From a virus (lineage: Duplodnaviria > Caudoviricetes), in the IMG/VR virus record IMGVR_UViG_2811995030_000001, positions 1 through 64,000 of that record: a stretch of DNA of 64,000 nucleotides. One strand, written 5' to 3'. Within the stretch, counting starts at the first letter, position 1. Each line of letters begins with the position of its first letter. A program made the translations under genes and the position numbers. Below are positions 8,887-19,500 of this stretch, piece by piece. The notes beneath the pieces are model-generated. The model was not told where the DNA came from. It saw only the letters and a list, made by a program, of their open reading frames with translations, and made no database searches.

Positions 8887-11800
8887 TTACACATATGTGA
8901 CTTCGATTTTCGCTGACTTTTCCATCTTTGCATAGTTGGAGAATGAATCTATCCAAATTCCTATACCTTTAGCTCCATTTTTGAAGTCTGTGCAGAAACT
9001 AGAAGGTAGAGTAATCCACTTAGGTTCACCTCTATTGAAAGGTACTCTATAATAGTTAGAACCCCAATAGGTCGGTGTTCCAGAAGGTTTGCTAGTATAT
9101 CCATGAGGACGGAAATATATGCCTACTCCTGAACCATCTCCAGAGGAAGAAGAGCGAGTACAATAGAATCTAATTCTTTTAATTGTTTTTCCAGATAATG
9201 TGCTACTCATATCAGCAGGGAAGAACCAATAACCCTTGTAAACTCCTAAGCCTCCATATCCGCCTTGAGCTGGCTGACCTAGCCAACTTCCACTAAATTG
9301 AGGCCTCCAAGCATCACCACTAGAAGTAGTCCATGTCTTTGTAACCTCACTTACGGCAGGTGGAGGAGTGACTGTAGTTCCAGTTCCTTCAACTGTTTTC
9401 TTTTCACCTAAAACACGACCACCATTAATCTCATCAGTCTCAAAACTTTGACCATGAGGCATAGTGCCAGCTAAGTAGACTTCGCCAGCATCAGCGTAAG
9501 CGCCTGAAATACGAGGTTTACCTGTGTTGTTAACATTAAGTACTTTTGCCATTCGAAAGGCTACAAGACCACGATCCACACTTTGAAAATCACACTTCTC
9601 AACTTCGACAGCAGAATTGTACTTAGAGACAACTCCATATTCTGTAGCAGAATTTCCTTGTAGTTTGCAGTTGAAGAGTGTGGCGTGTGTACACGAAGTG
9701 AATTCAGCGATTCCTGAACCTTTACCTACGGCATTATTAGCATATAAATCTAGATATTCAAATTCTAACTTTAAATTAATGTTGTAAGCTTTTATACTTC
9801 CAACCCAAATAGGATTTCTAGTCAAGGTACTACTTTTGATTTCTATTCTACCTGCACCAACATATCCTCTTATCTCTAAGTTCTCCGATATAGAGCTGGC
9901 TGACTCTATATAGATATTCGCTGTTCCGTCATAATGGCGAGGAATCCGCCTAATAGCTTCTCCTATAGTGGCTAAAGGGACTCTCCATCCAGTTCCTGCG
10001 TTAGTATCATCAGGAGCTACAGCAGGATTTTCTGTTGAGCCGTAACTTGGAAGAATTCTATCAGATACATAAAAATTCATATCATCGGCAGAGTATTGGG
10101 AAACAGTAGGAGACTGTAAATTAGCTACATATAAGTTTTCAAATCCACCCCTAGTTGCATCTAAGTCACCGATAATCTCATCATTAGCATTTAATACAAC
10201 TAGACGACCATTACTACTATTTCCTCCAACGGTAATCGAGGCATTGACAGAAACGTTCCCATTTGAATCTACTTTATATGTAGTATCTCCTGCATCATTT
10301 GTTACTTCTACGCCCTTTAAGTTTTCATTGAGGTTTAATTTATCGTGTGTTAATGTTCCTGTGATGTTAATATCTTGGACTCGTAAATCTGTAACATCTA
10401 AATTTTTAGCTTTAATCTTACCAAACACAACATCGAAAGCATCAAAGTCAATAGTTTTAGTTACACCATCAATAAGGGTAATGTCACCATTCTTAATTAA
10501 GAGTCGATTAGCAACTAAATCTTCAGCCGTTAAGTTTCCATCAGTATCTACGAAGAAAGTTTTCTTCCAATCACCTGATTTATATTGTTCAATTTTGATT
10601 CCTTCAGTTGCATTTAAGGTAGTTCTAACAGTGTGGTTATTATTTTCAACGACCAATCCATCTTTGATAGATAAAACAACTCCGTTATAACTTTCACCTT
10701 CTTCAATACTGTTGTTCCATCTGTCTACCCAATTAGTAGTTTCATCGTCTGATAGTATTCTAAGTGAAGCTCCTTTAATTGTTACTCCATCTTTATCAAA
10801 TTTAAATTTTCCTGTTTCATTTTCAATATATAAATTTTGACCTGCAATAATCTTTCCGACAATTTGTTCTCCGAATACTCCTTCAGGGTCAATAGCTAAC
10901 TCAAAGGTATTTCCTCCATCAACACTCATGGCTACTGTAGAATGCATAATACGTAACAGTCTCATTGGGTCAGTAGGATCAGTGATTGTAATACCTTTTC
11001 TATCAATTACAACATTTTCATTTACACCTGCTGTGATTTGTCTCTTTGTTGCATCCCATTTACCACTTAACAACTCAGCAATCGAATTGGAATCATCAGA
11101 GGCTAAATCCCACTTATCTTTATTCAAACTTAATTGAGTAGAGGCAGAAGCTCCTCTTTCAATTTTCTCCATAATAATATCTTCATTAGTCTTCAAGTTT
11201 CTCACATTGGAAATAGTAATAGAAATGCTTCGACTGTCGAAAGAAAGTGTAAACTCAGTTAATTGGACTTCTGACTCTAATTGGAAATCCTCATAACTTA
11301 AATAGAAGCGACAACCTAATGAAAGTTTACCCCAATCTTTTCTGCCTTCTATAGCACGAGTAAAGTCAACTAAACCTAAGCTAATTAATTCTTTTGGCTT
11401 CCTCATATCTTTAAAGGCTTCAATTCCTGATTTGAGCAATGTTTCTTCATCCGTTACATGTTCATTCTCATATTCTTTTTCGATTATGTAAGGATTTAGT
11501 TCTCTAGTTAACTCATCAGTGAAGAAATTACTTCTCTGCATACTCAATCTTAACTGGTCAATTTCAGCTTTAAGAGTAGTTTGTTGATCTTCTAATTGGC
11601 CAATTTCAGCCGTCTTAGCTTTAACTTCAGCATCCTTAGCTGCAATCTTAGCTTTAATTTCTGTCTCATCTTCTTTTTGTGATTGAATTACAGTTAGCTC
11701 ATCCTCTAATTTATCCAAGTCAGTAGCTAATACAAATAACTCATTCTCCAACGTATCATGTTGTTTTTCTAAGGTCTTGCTAAGCTCAGTCTTTTCATTA

Positions 11801-12717
11801 AACACACCTTGATTCTCTGTAATGAATTCCTGATAGTCTAAAATCGCATGACACAGCTCATCTGACATTCCATAAGCACTATGTTGAATAACATTCTTAT
11901 TCTCATCACGTTCAAATGGACTCATAAATACACTGAAATCTTCTATGTAATTGACACCAGCAGGGCTGATACGATTAATTGTTAACTCATCTTTTCCAAA
12001 TAGCTTAAGTCGAGTCACCATTTCATCTGCTTTATATTCAACTGATATATCTTTAAGATACTTGTTCTTAGATATACGTAACCCTTCATTAACTCCATAT
12101 TCTTTAGGATTATAAATGTTTATTTTTCGATTAACTGTATCAAATATAAATAGCATATCAAAAGTCTTAGCCACGTCAAAAATAGCATCCAATACAGTAG
12201 TAGAGGTAAAGTCAAATTCTCTATACTCTGTTGCAAACTTAGCGTCCATATATCCAATTGTCCAAAGGGATGGGGAGAGTAGGTTCTCAAGGACTTGTCG
12301 ACCATTTAAACTTGTTTTACGGTATTCACCATCAATTTGAACTCCAGCCCATGTACGAATATTAAAGTTAGATAATTCATGCGTAAGGGAATAGGCCGTG
12401 ACTGATTTAGTATTATTTCGTCCTTTGGGGCTAACATTTATGATAATAAACCATTCTTCTATACCATCATATACAACTTTCAAAAGTCTTCGATATGTAA
12501 CATCATATACGTAAGGATTGTTTTCTAATCGATGCTTAAGATCAACTTGATAAGGCATATCAAAAGAGAATTCATTAACTTCATGTTGCTTTAAAGTTAG
12601 TTGGCGATTTTTGATGTGCTTCAATTTAGCTCTAGGCTTTTGATTAGGGTCACATAAGTATACTTCTACATCTTTAGGCTTATAGTCCAAAGGAATTTCA
12701 AAATTTCTCACTCGCAC
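8887..12717 (-). CDS. tail tip / Tal-like baseplate hub with fibre extension
   Basis: Prophage_tail-like N-terminus (KYLKDISVEY..EMVTRLKLFGKD), coiled coil, beta-helix, C-terminal IKRIRFYCTR domain; follows Dit. Confidence 0.75.
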   Translation of the reverse strand: MRVRNFEIPLDYKPKDVEVYLCDPNQKPRAKLKHIKNRQLTLKQHEVNEFSFDMPYQVDLKHRLENNPYVYDVTYRRLLKVVYDGIEEWFIIINVSPKGRNNTKSVTAYSLTHELSNFNIRTWAGVQIDGEYRKTSLNGRQVLENLLSPSLWTIGYMDAKFATEYREFDFTSTTVLDAIFDVAKTFDMLFIFDTVNRKINIYNPKEYGVNEGLRISKNKYLKDISVEYKADEMVTRLKLFGKDELTINRISPAGVNYIEDFSVFMSPFERDENKNVIQHSAYGMSDELCHAILDYQEFITENQGVFNEKTELSKTLEKQHDTLENELFVLATDLDKLEDELTVIQSQKEDETEIKAKIAAKDAEVKAKTAEIGQLEDQQTTLKAEIDQLRLSMQRSNFFTDELTRELNPYIIEKEYENEHVTDEETLLKSGIEAFKDMRKPKELISLGLVDFTRAIEGRKDWGKLSLGCRFYLSYEDFQLESEVQLTEFTLSFDSRSISITISNVRNLKTNEDIIMEKIERGASASTQLSLNKDKWDLASDDSNSIAELLSGKWDATKRQITAGVNENVVIDRKGITITDPTDPMRLLRIMHSTVAMSVDGGNTFELAIDPEGVFGEQIVGKIIAGQNLYIENETGKFKFDKDGVTIKGASLRILSDDETTNWVDRWNNSIEEGESYNGVVLSIKDGLVVENNNHTVRTTLNATEGIKIEQYKSGDWKKTFFVDTDGNLTAEDLVANRLLIKNGDITLIDGVTKTIDFDAFDVVFGKIKAKNLDVTDLRVQDINITGTLTHDKLNLNENLKGVEVTNDAGDTTYKVDSNGNVSVNASITVGGNSSNGRLVVLNANDEIIGDLDATRGGFENLYVANLQSPTVSQYSADDMNFYVSDRILPSYGSTENPAVAPDDTNAGTGWRVPLATIGEAIRRIPRHYDGTANIYIESASSISENLEIRGYVGAGRIEIKSSTLTRNPIWVGSIKAYNINLKLEFEYLDLYANNAVGKGSGIAEFTSCTHATLFNCKLQGNSATEYGVVSKYNSAVEVEKCDFQSVDRGLVAFRMAKVLNVNNTGKPRISGAYADAGEVYLAGTMPHGQSFETDEINGGRVLGEKKTVEGTGTTVTPPPAVSEVTKTWTTSSGDAWRPQFSGSWLGQPAQGGYGGLGVYKGYWFFPADMSSTLSGKTIKRIRFYCTRSSSSGDGSGVGIYFRPHGYTSKPSGTPTYWGSNYYRVPFNRGEPKWITLPSSFCTDFKNGAKGIGIWIDSFSNYAKMEKSAKIEVTYV

Positions 12718-12722
12718 GCCTC

Positions 12723-13490
12723 CTAAAACTTAAGTTGATAGTCTAAATAAAAAGAACCCTTACCACGGATAGCTAAACGATTCATCCCAGCGATAAGAGT
12801 TAGATAATTATGATTAAAATTTTCAATTCGATAAGTTTGTGTTAAATCTGTTTCGATAATTTCATTTTCTCCATCTACATAAACTGTTTCACCATCTACT
12901 AAGTTAGTAAATTTAGTGGAGATACCTCTATCAGAAGTATTGATAATTTCAAAATCTCCATCCTCAAACTTATTAATATATAAGTCAGGGAGAATAGGGT
13001 AGCTACCATCATTCACAAACTCAACGTATTGTATATCGTTGTTTGCGGTGCAGTCATAAACTAGACTTTGTGTAACAGGCGAGAAAATGTAAGGTGAGTT
13101 TGTTCTCATGGTAACTACATAGTAACCCTCGCCATTACCAGTGTGTGTTAGCTTAGGCTCACCAATTGGTGTACAGTAACTTATAAAATGTGGCTTATCT
13201 TCAAAAACTAGAGGCTTATAATAACCTTTATACAATAATCGTTTAAGTTCATTGAGTGAATCATCTGTAAATCCGTTTTCAAAATATATTTCTAATGGGA
13301 ATTCACGATTTTCATTATTAAATCCAAACGTATAGGTTGCATCTGAGCCTTCTATTTTTTCTTCTAAGATAGAACGGTTTAATCCAACAGTTTCTTCATA
13401 TAAACCTGATTGGGTAGAAATTTGAGCAATTCCTAAATCTCTAGAATCAATACCGTCATAGGTAAAATATAAACTCTGTTTAAAATCCAA
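12723..13490 (-). CDS. distal tail protein (Dit)
   Basis: YFTYDGIDSRDLG N-terminus, YKPLVFED and LTLIAGMNRL motifs; directly after the tape measure gene. Confidence 0.8.
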   Translation of the reverse strand: MDFKQSLYFTYDGIDSRDLGIAQISTQSGLYEETVGLNRSILEEKIEGSDATYTFGFNNENREFPLEIYFENGFTDDSLNELKRLLYKGYYKPLVFEDKPHFISYCTPIGEPKLTHTGNGEGYYVVTMRTNSPYIFSPVTQSLVYDCTANNDIQYVEFVNDGSYPILPDLYINKFEDGDFEIINTSDRGISTKFTNLVDGETVYVDGENEIIETDLTQTYRIENFNHNYLTLIAGMNRLAIRGKGSFYLDYQLKF

Positions 13491-13550
13491 CTTTTACACA
13501 ACCTTTCTGAAAAAATAAAAAAGAGAAGAGGTAATTAAACCCCTTCCCAA

Positions 13551-16500
13551 TTAAGTTAATTTCTTACCTACCATACTCATTCTCTTCACTAAAGTATCTG
13601 CAAAACTTTCAGCACCTTCTCTATCACCGTTCATTTGGTCGATATGAACATTGACCTCATAAATAGTGTCACCACTTCCACCAGCTAAAGCTAGGGTAGG
13701 GGAGGATACTGCATTAATAAGATTCTTAAGATTAGGAATGAATTTGTTTTTAATATTATTCTGAGGCGACCAAAGTTCACCTTTTAATACTTTAGCCCAA
13801 GCTTCTCCTGATTTAAGTCCACCATTCATTAACTCATTAGCAAATTTAGTTTCTTTGCTAATTGAAGGCATACCTGTGATACCACCTTCATGATATGTTC
13901 CTTCGACACGTAATTTATCTGTGTATTGTTGCATAGTGTTCTTTAAGTCAGGCGTTAAGAAACGAGGGTAGACGTAACGCTCTAAATATGTCGCAAAGTT
14001 TAATTTATCTTCCTTAGACATTAGTTTAGCTAATTGGTCAAACCCTTTACTCTTATCTAACTGTGAACCAATCTTACGACCAGTTTCAGCTAAAGCATAA
14101 GCTTTATCTTGCAATCCTTTATAGTGGTCTTGGCCTGCTTGAGTCTTACCTAACACATCAATCAAATACTTAGCACTTAATACAGCAAAATCCCCATTCC
14201 CAAACCCTTTAGAGAAGTTAGGGATTTCAGGCTCTTGACCATATTTATCTCCGTCAGGCATAGAGATTCCTGTTTGAAGTAGAGTATTTGTATATTCAGC
14301 AATTAAGTTCTTTAACTCAGGTGTAATAATGTTACCAAATACATCTCCACTAGCTAAGTAATCTGCAAAGGCCATTTGGTCTTCTTTGGATAGAGTACTA
14401 ATGAAACGTTGAATACCTGTGTTAATATCAAGCGTAGAGCCTTCTTCACGTCCTTGATCTCCTAACGCATGGCCTTTATCTAGCAATCCTTGTTGGTGCG
14501 CCTGACCATATGGAGTCATACGAAGATAGTCAATCATGAACTTACCAGCTAAGACTTTCAAATCAGCAGCAGACATACTTCTGTCAGAATCTAAGCTATC
14601 TGTATAGCGTTCAATTTCATCCCTAATTTCAGGTGTGATAATATTTCCATATACATTACTACCCATGAGGAATTCCATGAATAAACGCTTATTTTCTTCA
14701 GACAAAGAACCAATAAGTTCTTGGAAACTCTTATCTTTTTCAACAGTAGAGCCTTCATTTCTTCCTGCCATAGCCAGAGAATGACCTTTTTCTTGCAGAG
14801 ACTTAATATGTTCACTTCCTTCTGCTGTCTTAGTCACATAATCAGTCAGGAATTTACCTGCCAATACTTTCATATCAGCGTAACTGAAGCTAGTTCCTTT
14901 ATTGATATTGCCAGCGTAATCAAGAATATCTTCTTTAATTCCAGAAGTGATGATATTACCGTAAACTTTATCACCCTTGATAAGCTCCATAAATGCTTTC
15001 TTATCAGCATCAGACATCATATTCAATAGTTCTTGGAAGCCTTTGTCTTTAGCGATTGTTGATCCTTCTTTACGGCCTTCAGAAGCTAAGTCATGAGCCT
15101 TGTCTCGTAAACCACCAACATGCTTACTTCCTGATTCAGTTTTAGTGAGGTAATCAGTCATAAATTTACCTGCTGCAACTTTCAGGTCAGCATCCGACAT
15201 TGTGCGTTTAGTAGTAGGAGCATCATATTCAGGAAGACGAGTAGAGCTAGGAACTTGTTTTAACAAATCTAGAGCTTCTTTAAGTTGGTCAATGATGCCT
15301 TCTTGAATGGTTTTACCAACTTCAGGCATATTGTCTTGCATAAAACTTATTAAGCCTCTAAATTCATCTGTAATAGCAGTAACGTTACCGTTAATGATTT
15401 GTTTCTCTAACTCTGCGAATCTACGAGTATCATTAATCATTTCATCATATTTGTTGTTGATTTCTTCTTGCATTTTCTCATAAGATTCACGAGTAGATTC
15501 ATACTTGTCATTTTCTGCTTCTTGATGATCTTGAACTTCTTCTTCCTTCTTATCAAGCATGTCTTGAAGATTCTCTCTACGTAAATCTAATTCACGTTGA
15601 TAGCGAGTTTCCTCAATCTTCTCTAACACATCATCAAGCTGTTCACGTAGCTCTTTCTGTTTAGAAATGGATTCATCTGAAGTATCCATAGAACGGATAG
15701 CTAACTCGTCTTCAAGTTTAGTTCGTTCTTTTTGTAACTCAGTCATTTCCTTTTCAAAGCTACGAGTATCGTCTGTTCGACTTAACTCATCCAACATACC
15801 ATTAATGGTTTTACGATATTTTTCTAACTCTTCATCAAGATCATCTAGAACTTTCTGATGACGCTCATCTTCAGCTTTCATTTGCTTATCAATAGCATCT
15901 AATTGTAGTTTTCGCTGTTGCTCATATGCTTGCTTCATAGCGTCAATTGTTTGACTAGCCACTTGCTTACGCATATCTAACATTGCAGTTTCTACATCTT
16001 CAGCTTGCCATTGGATTTCTCTGAGTTGTTCCTTCCAACTTTCAAGTTCTTCTTTAAGACGCTTTATAGCTTCTGGTTGCGTTGTTACTTTTAATTGGAT
16101 TTCTAGCGCCTGAATATTCTGCTCTGCTGATTTTCTTAGGCCGTGGAGTTCGGTAATCTTTTTAACATTATTTAAGATTATTCTTTGAGCATTACGTGTG
16201 CCTTTTAATTCTATCTTATTAAGATTTCGGTCAAGTTCTGCTAGATAATAGTTTATTCTCCTAGTAGCTTCTTCAGTTTTCTCTAGAATACGGTCAATAC
16301 GGAAATTTTCCATATCTAAAGTAAGCTGACGCATGTTACTTTGCATTTCTAAGAGTTGCATATTAACGTCACGAATTGTGCCTTCAAGCTCTTTCTTCTT
16401 TTCAGCCGTAAACTCTAACGTTTTATAATATCTCTGTAGAGCAACATATTGATCGTTAATAATGTCTTCCTCTCTACCCATGATAGCCAATTGACGACCA

Positions 16501-19500
16501 AGTGTATCAATATAATCTTTAGAAGTATTATCTAAACGGTCAATACGAGCATTACTTGCATCAAGATTATATTGTTCTTTCTCAATACGTTCCTGATAAC
16601 CAAGCATAGAAGAATCAACAAGTTTACCTGACCACTCTTTAATTTGCTCAATAAGCTCATTTCGAGAAATACTTATATCTTGAATCATAGTTTTAAGATT
16701 TTTGATGTATTCAGGGGTAAGCATTCCAGAGTTAACGTAAGCCTGCATAGCAGCTTGATGCTGAATCATAACTGTCTTCTGGTCTTGCATAGATTTAATC
16801 TGTCTCTCTAGTTCCTTACGATATGCAGCAGAAGAGGAGTCAAGTCTAGCAAGACGGAAAGCACCGTTTTCAATGAAAGTAGTGTATTTCTGAGTCTGTT
16901 CTTCATAATACTGATTCAATGAATCTACAACTTTACCGTTCCATTCTTTAACTTGTTCAATAAGAGTGTTACGCTCAACGCTAATATCTTGAATCTGCCG
17001 TTTCAATTGATTTTTATATTCAACAGGGAGATTACCAGAATTAACGTATGCTTGTAGAATAGATTGTTGAGAATCCAATGCACCTTTTTGAGCTTTGATA
17101 ATCTTAACTTGTGCTTCCAATTCTTTACGATAAGCAGAAGAAGAGGAATCAAGTCTCGCTAATCTGAATTGACCATTTTCCATTACATCAGCGTATGATT
17201 GTGCTCTAGATGCAAAGAAATCACTTAAAGATGTAACCTTTTTACTGTTCCATTCTTTAATTTGGTCTTCAATTTCATTCTGTTCATTGCCTAGCTCATG
17301 GATTTTAGTATAGAGAGATTGTAGGTATTCACCAGAAATGTTTCCTTTACTAGCCAACCTTTTAACTAATGCTTCCTGCTCATCACTAACTTTAAGCTTA
17401 TCTTGCATAACTTTAATCTGTTTATCAACTTCATCACGATAAGCATCAGTAACAGGATTAAGACGGTTTAAACGCACATCACCGTTCTCTAGAAATTGGT
17501 CATACTTTTCTTTAACACGGTCATATTGAAGAATCCAAGAATCAGCAATGTCAGCATTCAATTGAAGTATTTTATCTTTGTTTTCACCAATTTGTGATTG
17601 AATATCTGCTAATTGAGAGCGAGCTTCATCTAAAGATTGCTTATTCTGTGCGTTGATTTGTGAGTAGTTGATAATATCGCCATAGTTAGATGATGAACTA
17701 CTACCACTACCGCCTGCAATAATTTTCCCAGCCTTGGCTTGCTTAACATAAGACATAGGATCAAATGTGTTGTAAAGCTGACCATTTCTACGGACTTCAT
17801 AGTGTAAGTGGCTACCACGAGATGCACCAGTATTACCAATCGTCCCAATTCTCTGTCCAGCAGATACATAATCACCAGTTTTAACTTGTGATTTATCTAA
17901 ATGGGCATATAAGTGGACGTTGCCTTGGGAGTCGGAAATAGCTACAACATTACCATAAGAACCATATCCAGAACCTGATTTACCCCAACCAGCATACACA
18001 ACTTTCCCAGATATGTTGGAGTCCAAAGGAGTTCCAGTTGCTCCTGCAACATCAATACCATGATGCATCTTGCCGTTACGCATACCATAAGTAGAGGTGA
18101 TTTGACCACTCCAACCAGCTAAAGTTTTAGTAATAGCCTGACCTGCTGAAGCGCCAACAGCACTCCCAACTGAACTACTGAACGATGAACCAGATAATTG
18201 TTGATAAGCATTTAAAACTTTTCCAGCGTAGTTACGTGTTTCTTTTGCAAGAGGTGTTCCACTAGAGTTTCTTCTATAGCCAGGCCCTCCGTTATAGGAG
18301 TATAGCGCCTTAGTGATGTCTCCACCAACTCTTTGAAGCATTTGAGCAATATATTTCGTACCACCCATGATACTTTGGTCAGGATTAGAACGGTTAGTTA
18401 CACCTAATTCCCTAGCTGTAGCAGGCATTAATTGCATCAATCCTACAGCGCCTGCACCACTTCGAGCGTTAGGGTTAAAGTTAGACTCAGTTTTAATAAT
18501 CGCAGCAATTAAGAATGGATCAACGTTATACTTAGCAGCGTATTTATTGATAGAAGAAGCATATTGGCCTGTGTAAGCACGACCACCACCACTACCTCCA
18601 GAATATGAAGAACCGCCACCTAAATTAACAGTAGTATACGTCCCATCTGGGATTACGCCGTATTCAGTGATTTTCCCTGAAGCAATTTGCTTATTAAGGG
18701 AATTATATTGATCTTGGTATAATTGATTCTGTTGTTGTAGTAATTTAATCTCATCCTGAATTGTCTTACGGTACTGAGCAGAAGACTTAGAATAGCGCTC
18801 ACGTTGTCGCTGTTGAGCCTCGATAGATTTAGTAACTTTATCAATAGCTTGCTGTTGCTTATTAGCCACATAAATATAGTTTTCAATCTGCTTAACATTA
18901 TCTTCAGTTGCCTCAGTATTTTCTTCGGTAGCCATTGCGTTTTCAACAGATTCTCTAGTGTTTTGCTCTAGGCCAATGCTGTTTAAGTTGATTGCACCAG
19001 TATTCATAGTAACCTGATTAAATGACTCAGCCGCAGCATTAGATTGAGCTTTGTAGTCATTTGCTATTTGCTTACCAATACCGATAGCTCCTTTAAGTTT
19101 GCCCCAAAGACCACTACCTTCTGTCTGTACTCGATAAGCTCTGTAGTAATCTCTCCAACTTGCAGCCAAGCTTCTGATTACCGCCATTTCAACCCTATGT
19201 TTGGCTTGAGCCAATGTTTTAGAGTTGTTAAGGTCAACTCCATACATTTTTCCTAATTGGTCAAAGAAACTCTTATTGCCTTTAAGGACAGTATTAAAAT
19301 ATGTTTCATTATCTTTAACTTTATTGTAGATAACTTGAGCAGCAGTATTCTGTTCTTCTACAAGCTTCTTATTTACATTAGCCCTTAAAGCTTCTTCATT
19401 TCCTAGATAAGCAAGAAGGTCAGGATATTTCTCTAGTAAGAATCCAAGCTGTTGAGAAGATAAATCATATCCATCAACTAAATCATCATGAATTTGACGT

